64,000 bases of DNA from Octopus sinensis (taxonomy: Eukaryota), in assembly GCF_006345805.1 (NCBI RefSeq), contig NC_043000.1, positions 94,860,001-94,924,000 on the forward strand. Direction: 5' to 3'. Below are positions 25,793-39,570 of this stretch, in pieces. Under the pieces are notes generated by a model. That model was not told the origin of the DNA and searched no databases. It saw nothing but the letters and a program-made list of their open reading frames with translations. Each line of letters starts with the position of its first letter. Within the stretch, counting starts at the first letter, position 1. A program made the position numbers and the translations under genes.

Positions 25793-26400
25793 GCGGCGAG
25801 ATGGCAGAATCGTTAGCACGCCGGGAGAAATGCTTAGCAGTATTTCGTCTGCCGCTACGTTCTGAGTTCAAATTCCGCCGAGGTCGACTTTGCCTTTCAT
25901 CCTTTCGGTGTCGATTAAATAAGTACCAGTTACGCACTTTGGTCGATATAATCGACTTAATCCGCTTGCCTGTCCTTGTTTGTCCTCTCTGTGTTTAGCT
26001 CCTTGTGGGTAGTAAAGAAATAGGTATTTGGACTGTCTTTATATTCTGAGTTCAAATTCCGCAGAGGTCGACTTTGCCTTGCGAGGTCGATAAATTGAGT
26101 ACCAGTTGGGTACTGGGGTCGATCTAATCGACTGGCCCCCTCCCCCAAAATGTTGGGCCTTGTGCCTAGAGTAGAAAATATTTTCAACATTATAAGACGG
26201 CGAGCTGGTAGAATCGTTAACACGACAGCCAAAATGCTTAGCAGCGTTTCGTCCGTTTTTACGTACTCCATTCAAATTCAGCCGCGGTCCATTTTGCCTT
26301 TCATCTTTTCGTGGTCGATAAGATAAATACCAGTTGAACACTGAAGTTGTTGTAATCGACTAACTCTTTCCACCGAAATTACTGGCCTTGTACCAAATTT
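25793..26400 (+). mobile_element. SINE family B cluster (dimer 25793-26190 plus monomer 26197-26400)
   Basis: Head GGCGGCGAG.TGGCAGAATCGTTAGC; core GTCGACTTTGCCTTTCATCCTTTCGG. Confidence 0.85.
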
Positions 26401-26889
26401 GAAATCAATATTTTGAACATATATTAGTATAAATTTTTTGATGCGAAGTTTTGAGTTAGATCACTTTATGTCAGATAATTTGCATCAAAGAAAGAGTGGC
26501 ATCAGGCGAGTTGGTACGCCAAGAATTAAACAAAAACAAACAAAAACAATATATACCAGTCAGAACAATTAAATGACTTCTGACAACCTAGTGACGAAGT
26601 CTTTTCTACTTATTTAAAATACTTTTTGATGTATCACATACTTGAGAAGTAGCAGACGAGTCTGTTTTAATTAACTTTTGATCATCAAACTTCTAGTCTT
26701 TTTTTTACTCTCTGTTTTTTTTTACTTCCGTTAGTGGTAATCCTCACGTTATAGCGTCTTCCGAATAGTTTGGGCGATTATTTTCTGTAGATGATATAAA
26801 AAAAATATCTTCATGTGGCTCATTAGCGTTTTGCTTTCCAGAAATTTCTCTCGTAGCTTTTTTTTTTTTTTTTTGTCTGTGTTTTGAGG

Positions 26890-27029
26890 CCCAAACATGA
26901 CGTAAGAAGCTTGCGCTCACATCGCATGGTTTCGTTTTTAATCCCACGATGTAGCACTTTCAGCATGTCTTCTCCTATAGCCCCAGAACAACCAACGGCT
27001 TGTGGTAAGCAGAAACTGAAAGGAGCCTG

Positions 27030-27084
<55 letters not shown>

Positions 27085-27310
27085 CGTGTATGTTGTTTGT
27101 CCGTGCGCGTGTGTGTGTGTGTGTGTGTGCGTTTATTTCACCATCGCTTGACAACTGGTATTTGTTTCTTTTACGTTCCCGTAATTTTACAATTCGGCAA
27201 AAGGATATCGATAGAATATATACCAGGCTTAAACAATTAATACCGGAGGCGAGTTTTCGACTGAACCCTTCAAGATAGTACCCCACCATACCAGTAGACT
27301 GAAACAAGCA
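26890..27310 (+). mobile_element. SINE family A
   Basis: Co-linear with other family A copies, with internal (GT)n. Confidence 0.75.
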
Positions 27311-28235
27311 AAACGATACAAATATACAGCATTTTTCTGATGCATACCAAAATTCTTTCCTCGATATCATTGGTCGCGTTTCTTTTTTTTTTTTAGCTGT
27401 TAATTTATTGAGACTCCATTTCTTTAGATTCTAGCATGTATATCCAATTCTAGCGTCATATCCAATTCATTTTACAGTAATACCCTTTTTAACACATTGA
27501 TGGATACAAAATAGTATATACATAACTAGAATATTTGTAAAATACATATAAATCACCTGAATGATGCATAGATACTGGTTTGTCAATGTTTATGTACCTG
27601 CTATAAGTTCAGTGCAAGTTAATCGTAGACAAATGGAAAATGTATAGTTAGTGTTACTAATTAATGTGCTGAATACAGAGATCTGATGGAATCGTAACCG
27701 CACTGGAATACTTAGCGGCTCTGCAATTTGAGATGCCAAGGTCGATTTTACCTTTCATCCTGTGTCTATAAATTAAGTACCAGTTGAGCACTGGGGTCGG
27801 TTTCCCTTACCCTCAGAATTGGCTTGCCTTGTGTCAAAATTAGACGGGATTATTGTGCTAAAGTACGATTAAAACCCCAACAACACTGACATTACATTTT
27901 ATCATGCTGGGAAGATTTTTACTGTTCCATTAAGCGTAATCTGTCTTCGTAAGTGGTACCTATTTTGTGTGCTAACAACCATTTCTGCATCTAAATTTCA
28001 AATGTTAGCATGAAGATATTTGTTAACATCTTGCAAAAGATAAATATTTATTCCAACGGAGAAGAATAATCTATGATGCCATACAAAACAAAAATGTTTG
28101 TCAATGTGTAGCTTATATCTCTCTTCCGACAACACCATCATTTGAGTAGTGTTTAGTGCTATTGGATATCAGCAAATAACAACGAAAATACATCATACAT
28201 CTGACTGCCAAATACTCTCAACCCGCCACGTCAAT

Positions 28236-29230
28236 TTGCTTACAGATATTCTTTTACATTTCTTTGCCTTGTGTACTGTTGCAAGAAGGCCATCTTTTGG
28301 GGAGCAGCATTACATGTGCCCCCTGCCAATTCATCGACATTGTGTACGTAGGGCCTAAAAAAAGGGTGGGTACATCAGTCGGCACATCGATCCAGGGGCC
28401 CGTACAGCCGATTAAAAGGGCCGTATAACTAAGGATGTGCCAGTAAAGCAAAAGAGAAGCATGTAAAGCTAGGGAATATCTGGCAAATCTCGCCTTAATA
28501 AATCTAAAATTTGGTGACATCTTGAATTTTAAGAAGAAATACCACAGGGATCCGAAATCAGTCTTCTTCCGCTTTGGAAAGCTTTTCTAGGGTTCCCCAT
28601 GTATGCTGAAGATTATATTTATGAAGGGCTGGTCGATAGTCATGATTTGGTTGATGTCTTGTCAAACAACTTTCCTGTATTTGGTTACATGTTTTACGTT
28701 CTGAGTTCAAATCTCATGAATATCTTTCACCGTAGCAAAACGAAAGCTACCCATTATAATATCAGATTCTCCCTTACACAATCCCACTATAAATTCCCAC
28801 CCACAGATTCACTGTTTCAATACTCCCTCTCTATCACTACTATGATAGCCTCTTCTCTTCTAAACTAGCCAGATAAATACCACCGCTAGTATAGATTATC
28901 CAATATTCTCCCCACTAAGGCGGCGAGCCGGCAGAAACGTTAGCATGCCGGGCGAAATACTTCGCGGTATTTCGTCTGTCTTTACGTTGAGTTCAAATTC
29001 CGCCGAGGTCGACATTACCTTTCATCTTTTCGGGGTCGATAAATTAAGTGCCGGTTGCGTACTAGGGGTAGACCTAATCTACTGGCTCCCTCCCACAAAA
29101 TTTCGGGCCTGGTGCCTAGAGTAGAAAAGAATATTCTCCCCCTCCGCTACATTCACCACAATTTGTGTCACGACCTCAGGCTCCAAATAAAACACTTCGC
29201 CTAATTCTTGAGAATCAAGTCGCGCAACAC
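28236..29230. mobile_element. Decayed CR1/L2-group LINE fragments, host to a SINE B
   Basis: SLYHYYDSLFSSKL-like translation on both sides of the SINE; weak. Confidence 0.4.
28914..29129 (+). mobile_element. Full-length SINE B monomer with 12-bp TSD
   Basis: AATATTCTCCCC at 28902-28913 and 29130-29141. Confidence 0.9.
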
Positions 29231-29559
29231 AGCATCTCGAGTAAGTTGGTTTGGACAATTACATTGTGAATAAAACAATGAGGTGAACTTACAATGCGGT
29301 GTGTGTGTGTGTGTGTGTGTATGCGTGCGTGGATGTGTGTGTGCGTGCACATGCATGTGTGTGTTCTATTCTGTTTTTAATTATGTAAATTTTTCTTCTA
29401 AGGAAAGTGCTGGTTTCTAACAAAGACACAAAATTCCATTGGAATATAAATAACAAAAACAATGTCACATTTTAAAATTGAAAAAAGTCTTGCATGATTT
29501 TACTCGTCCACTTACAGACTGTATTTGTAATGTATGGGTTAGTTGGGTGAATTCTTTTT

Positions 29560-29800
29560 CTAAAATCCCTAACTTATCTAGATTGTCACTTCAGTATTTA
29601 CTCACGAAACAAAGTGCACCAGTTATTATTGGTATAAATATGGATTTATAATCTGAATATAGAAGCTGGAGGTTACGAAGTACTTGTCTATAGTTATCCT
29701 CTTTCTCCTTGATTTCCAAAGAGATTTTCACATCACTAAGGCAGATGACTTCCTTGAGGGTACTTCTCTAACCCTAACAACAGTATCTGGCTTGTTGCTT
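29560..29800 (-). mobile_element. Non-LTR restriction-like endonuclease fragment
   Basis: SNKPDTVV, IKEKEDNYRQVLRNLQLLY and IITGALCFV pieces across frames. Confidence 0.5.
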
Positions 29801-30841
29801 TTACACTTCACAGATATGTATGCATATGTTTACATATATATAGGGAGAGTTTAGGAAAAAAACAAAAGACGAAAACAGGTGGTGTACAAAACAAACTGAT
29901 GTATTAGTATAACGCTCAGGATTAGAAAAAGTCTTTTACGTTTTACAGAAAGGGACACAGAAAAAAACAAGGAGAGAAACAAGGAGAGAAAAAAATGTGT
30001 GTCGTGGCTAACGATCTATCATGGCGACTGTTTACATATATACACACAGATACATAATACATACATGTGTGTGTGTGAGTGTGTGTGCATACTGGCAAAC
30101 CATATAAACATGTATATAAACATGTATATAAACATTGACGTGAATATTGCTGATAAACCATCTATCGAACAAAAATAGCTTCTGATATTTATTCAACCCG
30201 AGATCAGTAGCATAGATACTTGTTATTCTCTCAATTGGAAATGCAATGAACCTGTGAATGTCCCAATCAAAGTCTATAACCAAAGATGCTATTGTTCGCG
30301 AAAGCCATTATGAAATTAAAAAAACGACAAACGAAAAATTATAAATAATCCACTGCATTAACCTTAGTTAATCGGACATTTAGTTTTTAGACAATTGCTA
30401 TCTTGACGTTATGTGTTAAATGTCATGGATGATTTATTTCTTATCATTGTTTAAAAGGTATGCAGAGATTTTATATTGTGTGCGCGCGCACATAGACACA
30501 CACACACATATATACACACATATATACATATATATAGGTATACACACAAACACACACACATACACCACACACACACACATATATACACACATATATACAT
30601 ATATATAGGTATACACACAAACACACACACATACACACACACACACACACATATATATATACGTATGTACGTATATATGTTGTGTCAGTAATTGACCTTT
30701 TATAGGCTTTTAGTTCATTAGCGAATATACTTTCATTGCGCACATTTTGCAATTGTTTTTGCTTTCATACTTCTACATATGTTTCTTTTCAGACACGAGT
30801 ACACAAATATATATTTAAAAGTTTTTGTTAAAATACTTGGT

Positions 30842-31180
30842 GTGTGTGACCCCCTTCGGTCAGACACTGACCATGGATTTGCACCTAGAGAGTTACCCTC
30901 TGAGGCACAAGTCTGGGCAAGGTTGTTTTATGGAAGGCCAGCAGTCGCCCATGCATACCGGCCCCCCTCTCCACGTCACCGATGTTGTCCAAGGGAAAGG
31001 CAAAGGCCGATACAGCTTGGCACCTGTGACGTCGCAACTCATTTCTACAGCTGAGTGAACTGGTGCAACATGAAATAAAGTGTCTTGCTCAAGAACACAA
31101 CACGCAGCCCGGTCCGGGATTCGAGCTCACAACCTCACGATCGTAAGCTCGACGCTCTAACCACTGAGCCACGCGCCTCC
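30842..31180 (-). mobile_element. Full-length CORE-type tRNA SINE (family D) with 12-bp TSD
   Basis: A-box TGGCTCAGTGG, B-box-like GCTCGAATCCC, CTTGAGCAAGACACTT core; TSD AAAATACTTGGT at 30830-30841 and 31181-31192. Confidence 0.9.
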
Positions 31181-31529
31181 AAAATACTTGGTACAAACTC
31201 AATATTTAAAGAAAGATTTTCTTAAAAGTTATTGGCTATTGAAAAACATCATTTTTTGTAAAACTGAATGCTACCTACCTTCTGGAAGGAATTGTTCGTA
31301 TTTTGTGCATTATGTGTAACTGTATTCATTATTCAACTTTTCACACACATGTGTTCTTGGCTAATCAGTATAGATGAAGTTGTTTTAGTAATGCTGTTTA
31401 TTATTTCCGATTCAGTTTCAGATTTTGAATTCTTATAATGTATTCTCTTGCTTATCGTAACTCACCATTTTATTCTTTTATTTTGAAAAGAAAAGAAATA
31501 TTTTGAATTTCCCATTTATTCTTTCATTC

Positions 31530-31815
31530 TTTTATTTGTTTCAATAATTTGACTGCGGCCACGCTAGAGCACCGCCTTTAGTCGAACAAATAGACCCCCG
31601 GACTTATCCTTTGTAAGCATAGTACTTATTCTATCGGTCTCTTGGACCAAACCGCTAAGTTACAGGGACGTAAACACACCAGCATCGGTTGTCAAGCGAT
31701 GGTGGGGAAAAACACAGGCACACACACTTGTATATATATATATATATACGACGGGTTTCTTTCAATTTCCGTCTACCAAATCTAATCACAAGACTTTGGT
31801 CGGCCCAAGGCTATT
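31530..31815 (-). mobile_element. SINE family A, 5'-truncated
   Basis: Matches the 3' half of 36910-37272. Confidence 0.8.
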
Positions 31816-32169
31816 TATTTATTTTCAGTTTTCCATTTGCACTAATGTCTAAATTTACTAGGACAGGAATCTTTAATTTGTTGTTTGTACATTCTCAGGC
31901 TGTTGAGTAATTGTTATCCAGTTTCTTCGGTGTAATTCTCATTCCATTCTTTGTATGTAATTCAATAGATGAGATTTATTTTCTTTCTCACTTTATGTTT
32001 GCGTTTAATAGTGTCTATGTATGTGTGTGTGTGCTGATAGTTTGTGTGTGTATACTTTTATTAAAGCTGCAAAATTTTCAGAAAACTGTTACTAAGAGTA
32101 CCAGTTCGTCGGAAAGATGTTGCAGCTTTAATAAAATCATATTACACCACCTTATCTATATTGAGAACT

Positions 32170-32815
32170 AGATTTAGTGCCCGATGCTTGAAGGTGAATA
32201 TTATACTGCTGCCTTCATTAAGACATTCCGTGGATTGCAAAATAGCCGTGACCTCGGCTATGCATAGATCACACTTGTTATATCCGCTGTAAGGTTTGGT
32301 GTGGGAGATAATGGACTATATGGAGTTGAGTCAAGCGTTGAGATAACGATGTACTGCTTAATTTTGTTTGAAATTTGAAGCTAGAATAGTGATTGCTAAA
32401 CCTGGCTTTGAAGGTTGTGCTACTTGAGCCGATGTAAATGCAGTTACAGTTGTTAGCTGATGCTGTGCACTGATAAACTATGTTTTTAGTGAGACACCGG
32501 TTATCTAAAAGACAGGAGTTTGGACATCTGAAGCTGCATAGGTTTGTAGGGGTTATTCCGGATGAGCTTGAGAGGGGATTGTTATTTAGTGAAAAATCCG
32601 TGTTCGGGTCGTTATTATAGTTGGTGCTAAGGTTATCATTTGCTAAGGAGTTGAGGGTGATATTGGTGGGTTGTTCTCTGTTATGACAGGAGGTATATTT
32701 GGGCGTTGTGGTACATTTAAGGGTCGGGTGTTTACATTGGCACTATAGTTGTAGTTCTGAGGGTTAGTTTTGTAGGTGCATTGGGTTTATATGTATAGAG
32801 TTAGGGGCTATATTG
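32170..32815 (-). mobile_element. Penelope-like GIY-YIG fragment
   Basis: CPNSCLLDNRCLTKNIVYQCTA...IYIGSSSTTFKARFSNH. Confidence 0.75.
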
Positions 32816-32843
32816 AATTAATTTACTAGGGTGGGGGTTAGCC

Positions 32844-32910
<67 letters not shown>

Positions 32911-32934
32911 CCGTGAACACATCTTTTCTTGAAG

Positions 32935-33125
32935 AAAAACAAAGGTACGCAACTTGTTGCACAACCTGCACAGATGTTTAGCCTGTGACCGCAGAGGCAC
33001 GCAACATAAAGTGTTTTGCTCAAGAACGCAACGGTGCGTACCGCCCGCTCTGGGTATCGAAACCCCGATTTCTCAGTGGTTAGTGCGCAACTTCCTAATC
33101 ACTAAGCGACGCGCTCTCACTTAGC
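32935..33125 (-). mobile_element. SINE family D-like head and core
   Basis: Minus strand GTGAGAGCGCGTCGCTTAGTGATTAG...TTCTTGAGCAAAACACTTTA. Confidence 0.65.
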
Positions 33126-33407
33126 ATGGACTATGTGTCGCGAATTATTTCATTCGCTTAAAAACGCAAGCAGATATTCTCAGTTGCTCCACCCTTTAAT
33201 ATCTATGGCATGTGAGCTGAAATAAGAGAAGATTGCGCCAGCACTCGGCCGTTACTCACTTCGTTTGAATAGACTGAAGCAAGATTGAATAAACGTGGCT
33301 CACATCAATTCACTCACCTGTATGATCGTGAGCACAGCACAATAGTGTGTATGTTTGTGTAGGTAAGTATGCATATGTGTGTGCTTATGTGCATATGTAC
33401 GTATATA

Positions 33408-34090
33408 TATCGTAAAATATATTTGCAAACTAAACGTGGCAGTCCCATAGAGGACGACGTTACTATTGTTTTTAGCCCCAGGAAAACCTCCCCTCCAACT
33501 AACTAACAACACACTATCTGTGTCCGATTACTATTTGCAAGTGGGGATCATCACTCCCATCTCTAGCCTTACGGAATACATAGATGTGTTTGTGGGTAGT
33601 TACGCGTCTTCAGTGCGATAATCACCAGCTAGCGATGAAAACTCATTCCTAACGCAAAAATACTATATGCTTTTTCCAACGAGAAACTGTCGCTGATCTG
33701 GTAAAAGGAGAAATAAGTTATATTAAATCTCTGAGCGAGAGGTAAACAGTAACAGTACGGAATCATAAAATATATTTGCCAACTCAGAGGACCTTACGTG
33801 ATACACACAGACACGGGTTTCTTGGTAGTTCCCTGTCTTTAGTTACCTCCCCTCATAAATACTAATCGGACAGAGACAGTGGGCCGTTAGCCAGCTGGAG
33901 GAGACGTCTTCCTGAGGCTAAAAGTAACAGTAACATCGTCTTTTGTGGGACAGCCACATTTAGTTGGCAAATATATTTTACGATTCCGTAATGTTACTGT
34001 TTACCTCTCGCTCGGAGATTTAATATAACTTATTTCTCCTTTTTCGAGATCAGCGACAGTTTGTCGTTGGAAAAATATAATGCGTACATA
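33408..34090. repeat. Three copies of one repeat giving two inverted pairs
   Basis: 33671-33784 is the reverse complement of 33962-34075; 33408-33535 is the reverse complement of about 33855-33985. Confidence 0.85.
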
Positions 34091-34199
34091 CTTACATATA
34101 TACTTAAATACAAAAAGATAGAAATATAAATATATGAGTGTGTGTTTGTGTGTGTGGGTGTGTGTGTGTGTGTGTAATTATTTTTGAACCAAACCAGTG

Positions 34200-36200
34200 C
34201 TAGCTAGAAAGAATTAATAGTACACGTCAGTACTTAGTTCTTTTACTTGGTATTTCAATATTTTAGGGTTATAACCCTTTACAGGATACCTTCGAATAAA
34301 AGACATTGTTAGGTAACTTTTCTCTTCTATAGCGTGTGAGTATGAGGGGTTGCTTTTCGTGTTGCCATAGTAACAATTAGCTTTGTGAACTTTGAATACT
34401 GTGTTAACAAGCTGGTTGTACTTTTTTCCAATGTTTTTTTCCCAATGTCTTTTTTCTGTTTCTTCAATGGACACTATGTGATCTTTGTTATGGAATTTCG
34501 CTAGGTGTGTTTTGATGGAAGAATCATTAGCATAGAGGTATTCTTTAATACGTATGCTACGTGTCGGATGGTACTTCCCATGTAAGATTCATTACAATTG
34601 CCACATAACGTAGGACTGCAGACATATATTTTCGTCACTGACAGGGCTATTGGGCAATGAACATGTGGTGTTTTGTCATGGCCTGTTGTTAGTTAGTTAA
34701 TTTTTTGGCTCAAAAAGCAAAAAGCAAGGCCATGTAGGGGGACATGGAGTTATGTACAGGGTGGTGTTCATGTAAAGAGTTCAGGCCGCTTGAGGTCAAG
34801 GGAGACTTTGAACCGAGCGGTCGTCGGCATCTTCACCATCTCGTCTGGCAGCTTATTCCACGGATCCGCAACCCGGACCGAGAAAGCCCCTCTCCTTCGA
34901 TTGAGATGAAATCGTCGCAGATAGAGCTTTTCGGAATGACCCCGCAGCCGACGCTCTGGAGCAGGAGTTAAGGACAGCTCTTTCGAGAGGTTACACTTTC
35001 TGCTTATGATGTTGTGAGCAAGAATGAGATCTCCACGGCGTCGTCGTTTTTCTAGAGAATAGAGGTCGAGCGTCTTCAGCCTTTCTTCATAAGACACATT
35101 CTTGAGACCAAGAACCATGCGGGTAGCCAGCTTCTGGACTCTTTCGAGATGCTGTATATCTTTGAGGAGATAAGGAGAAGAGGCTTGAATCCAATATGGG
35201 TCTCACCAGCGTGACGTAGAGCGGTAGGAATATGGCTGCTGCGAGCATTCCGAATGACCGTCGAATCAAGAACAGAATTCCGTGTGCTTTGTTGGTAGCA
35301 TGGACGCACTGGACCGAAGGCGAAAAGGAGGAATCCACCAAGATACCCAGGTCCTTTACCTGATCGGTCCTCTCCAGTAGCAGACGACCCGGCTCGAAAT
35401 CAAGTTGAGTTGCAAGAGGAGAGCCAACAGGCAGATGACAGCACTTTGACACGTTCAGACACAGGTCCCATTCGTTAGACCATCTCCAAATTTGGTGGAG
35501 GCATCGACGAAGATCCTCTATATCACCGCGAGGAGCGACCAGTTTGACATCGTCGGCAAATAGAAGGGTGTGTTGCGTGAGGTCGTCGGGCAAGTCATTT
35601 ATGAAGACTAAGAACAATAAGGGCCCAAGCACTGAACCTTGAGGCATGCCATTGCTCGCATTGGAGACGTCGGACCGTGAACCATTAACTTGGACTTGGA
35701 AGGAGCGATCTGAGAGGGAGGCAACAACCCATCGTACAATATCCGGATCGAAACTATATGCTTGAAGCTTGACAAGTAATAGGCGGTGGTTTACCGAGTC
35801 AAAAGCTTTGGCAAAGTCCAATACAACGATGTCAACAGCATCACTATCATCGAGGATGCGCGACATCAATTCTTCCATTACCAGTAAGTTAGTTAGGACC
35901 CCACTCAGGAAGTTTCTGAGCGTGCCAGGCATATATCTAATTTCTCCCTACGGACTGTACGGCGCATTGCAGCAAGTGTTTTTTTTGTTTTTAATTAAAA
36001 TGTGGCAGTTTCAAAAAACACGTTAACCTTTGACGTGTGGGTTGTATTAGGTTTCTGATGATGACCGGTCTTTTGTGAAAGAGTAAGGATAGCCATTTTC
36101 TATCAGGATGTTTAGGAATTCTATATTCTTGCTGCTTTTGCTTCCTGCTTCATTGCATTTACTGTGATTCCAGAGAATCTCATTTCTACTGTAGACCATC
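34200..36200 (-). mobile_element. Decayed Penelope-like element (34200-34690 and 35940-36200) split by a CR1 insertion
   Basis: ILIENGYP (thumb) on the right; CGNCNESYMGSTIR and RIKE (GIY-YIG) on the left. Confidence 0.55.
34690..35935 (-). mobile_element. CR1-clade LINE, 5'-truncated, GC-rich, (AACT)n tail
   Basis: LDFAKAFDSVNH, GMPQGSVLGPLLF, LFADDVKL, KDLGILVD, YSLEKRRRRGDLI; frameshift between ORFs 35087-35932 and 34768-35118. Confidence 0.92.
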
Positions 36201-36909
36201 TTAGCTAACGTTTCTGCCAGCTCGCCACCTTTGCACGTTATAGTATTATTACTAATAATCATACACACAATAATTTTTTGTTTTATTTTATATTCTTAAC
36301 TTTTCTTTATTTTCCATCTCTCTCACTATTTTTACACGCACATACACATGCTCATAAATATTCACACGCACCAATGCACATGCATAATATGCATATAAAA
36401 CGTAAGTCATACCAATTGCCCTCATATCAGTGTCAGTCACATGAGGAGGTGAAGAGCAAAAGCAAATCACAACATTACTTATCTATTCTATACGTTTATT
36501 CTACAATGTTCTCTCTCTCCCTCGTCTCTCTTTCTATCCCTCTCTCCGTCTCTCTCCCTCTCTCTCTCCTTTATCTATTGATCTCTTTCCACATGCCTCT
36601 CTCACTCAGACCCTCTCATTTTCTACGTTGATGAATAATTATGTGACATTATGTGTCAATATATATATATATATATATTGGATTAATATTTTTATGCATA
36701 TTTCTCTTCTCTGGTATGAGCGCACACATTCATATACACACACATTTATATACACCCATATATATAACACATATAAGCTTTCGTCCATATGCACCTGAAT
36801 ATTATTCATGAGGCTAAACAAGTGTCAGCAACTAAATTATTGTGGTTAATTTATATATATATATTATATATATATATATATTATATATATATTCTTCTTT
36901 TCTTTTTCT

Positions 36910-37272
36910 TTTTCTTTTACTTGTTTCAGTCATTTGACTGCTGCCATGCTGGAGCACCGCCTTTAGTCGAGCAAATCGACCCCGGAACTTATTCTTTGTA
37001 AGCCCAGTACTTATTCTATCGGTCTCTTTTTGCCGAACCGCTAAGTGACGGGGATGTAAACACACCAGCACACAAACACACAGACATACATATATATATA
37101 TATACTTATATACGACAGGCTTCTTTCAGTTTCCGTCTACCAAATCCACTCACAAGGCATTGGTCGGCCTGGGGCTATAGCAGAAGACACCTGCCCAAGA
37201 TGCCACGCAGTGGGACTGAACCCGGAACCATGTGGTTGGTTAGCAAGCTACTTACCACACAGCCACTCCTGC
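36910..37272 (-). mobile_element. Full-length SINE family A
   Basis: Head GCAGGAGTGGCTGTGTGGTAAG through tail CATGGCAGCAGTCAAATGACTGAAACAAG. Confidence 0.88.
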
Positions 37273-37575
37273 ACCTATATACATACATATATATATGTAT
37301 GTATATTACATATATATCTATAAACGTATGCATATATATATGTATACATGTATATGTATATATGTTATATATATATACATATATATGAGTACATATATAC
37401 AAATATATACACACAGATATACATACATGTATATATATACATGTGTATATGTGTGTGTGCGTGTTTATATATATATATGCATGTATGTATGTTTGTATGC
37501 GTGTATGTATATACGTATGTGTGTATGTGCGTCTATGTGTATGTGGTGTGAACATGCGTGTATATGTGTGCATGA

Positions 37576-37621
<46 letters not shown>

Positions 37622-38981
37622 TGTGTGTGATGATCTTTCTTTGTACTACGAAACCTCTTTCAGTCGTAAAGCACACAAAAACGTATACGATGACACCATT
37701 TTCTACATAGAAGACTCATCTGTGATCCCTTTTTTCTTTCTCTCCTTTGCGCTTGTGGATATATGTCAAAGTCATGATATGAATATGCATTTTCAGTAAA
37801 AATGTAATTGGAGAACCTTTTTATATTGTCATTTTCATACACGTAAATACATGGAAAAATATTTTCCCTTTATGTCGTACAGATAATCTTGCTTTGATTA
37901 AACAATAACCGCTCGTGGACTGTTTTTTTTCTTCTTTTTCCTTCTTTCTCTTTGGATTTTCTTGTTTCCGACGAAGGGCGATGCTCAAAACTTTAACAAC
38001 TCTTTCTCGTCACCGAGCGTCTTATTAATATATTTCTTGTGTCCGTCCTCAAGTTCGTTTTTGTTCTTTTCTCTTTTTCCTTTCTCTTTTAATTGTTTGT
38101 TTATTTGAATTTATCATATATATATATATTTAATTTAACTATATATTTATCTAATATTAATTTACTAAGTCTGCCTATATCTGACTTGCTAGGGCATACT
38201 AGCCTTACTTAGGGGTTTTAGTAAAAATTATCCTTATGGTCTTTAATCGTTATTTTTGGATACATCGAGACATATGGTTCAGTTCTATTTTCAACACCAT
38301 ATTTGATCATAATTTTTTCGAGATTATGTTAATATTATCTAAATAATTTTTATTAACTACCTTATATTAAGAACAATCTTACTTAGAAATGGATGCGTGC
38401 GCGTGTATATATATATATACACATACATACATACAGACAGACAAACAGACAGACAGACAGGCAGACAGACAGACATACGTATATACATGTATACATATAC
38501 ATACTTACATTTCTTACATTGATACATATACACATGCATTAATACATACATGCATACATACATGCATACATACATACATACATACATACATGCATACACA
38601 CACACACACAGAGATATGTATATACGCGATACCAAGGATCTAAAAGTGCCTGCAGATCAGATAAATATGTTTTCCGCACCCATCAAAAGCCAGCTTTCAA
38701 ATCCTGAGGCTAAAATAATTATGAAGAATACGAAGATTAACGTACTTTAAATTTTCGAATTTACATCTTACAATTTCAACCATAATCCCAAAATTATCGA
38801 TCTACAATTTGTCAGCATCACCTCTTATTCTGCCTGAGCGTAGCAATAGAGAAACGTAATTGGTTGAAATTACCAACTTACCAGCTGATGTACGAACTAT
38901 CGACAAAACAGTTCTGCTCTCAAGTGTTGTGGAAGAGAATCTACATATCAAAATTTTTCGTTCGCCATAACAATAACGACC

Positions 38982-38984
<3 letters not shown>

Positions 38985-39019
<35 letters not shown>

Positions 39020-39053
39020 TAGTAGTAGTAGTAGTAGCAGCAGCAGCAGAAGC

Positions 39054-39103
<50 letters not shown>

Positions 39104-39197
39104 CAGAAGCAGCAGCAGAAGCAGTAGTAGTAGTAGTAGTAGTAGTAGTAGCAGTAGCACCAGTAGAAGCAGCAGCAGCAGAAGCAGCAGCGGAAGC

Positions 39198-39241
<44 letters not shown>

Positions 39242-39267
39242 CAGTAGTAGTAGTAGTAGTAGTAGTA
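38985..39267. repeat. (AGT)n with (AGC)/(AGA) blocks
   Basis: Directly visible. Confidence 0.95.
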
Positions 39268-39486
39268 GGTTCACACTGCCCCAGTGTTATTGTTGTTTAA
39301 CTCACAGTGAGCTAAGTAACTGATGATCAACCAGTTGAGCCTTAATTGAGAAGACCCCGATGCTCAACCAATGAACCCTGATTGAGTGCATCTTTAATCA
39401 ACTGATGAGATGCTAAGTTGCGCGCTGTCTCCTCCCTCCTTCTTTCTCTTTCTTTCTCTATCCCTCTCGCTCGTCCCTCTCTTTCT

Positions 39487-39536
<50 letters not shown>

Positions 39537-39570
39537 TAGGAATGAGAACCCAGGTTCGAAATTTCACCAA

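Noticed and set aside
30490-30660. Duplicated compound (AC/AT) block
   Set aside because: Ordinary slippage duplication of a microsatellite
31090-31180. tRNA-like sequence with A and B boxes
   Set aside because: Head of a TSD-bounded SINE, not a tRNA gene
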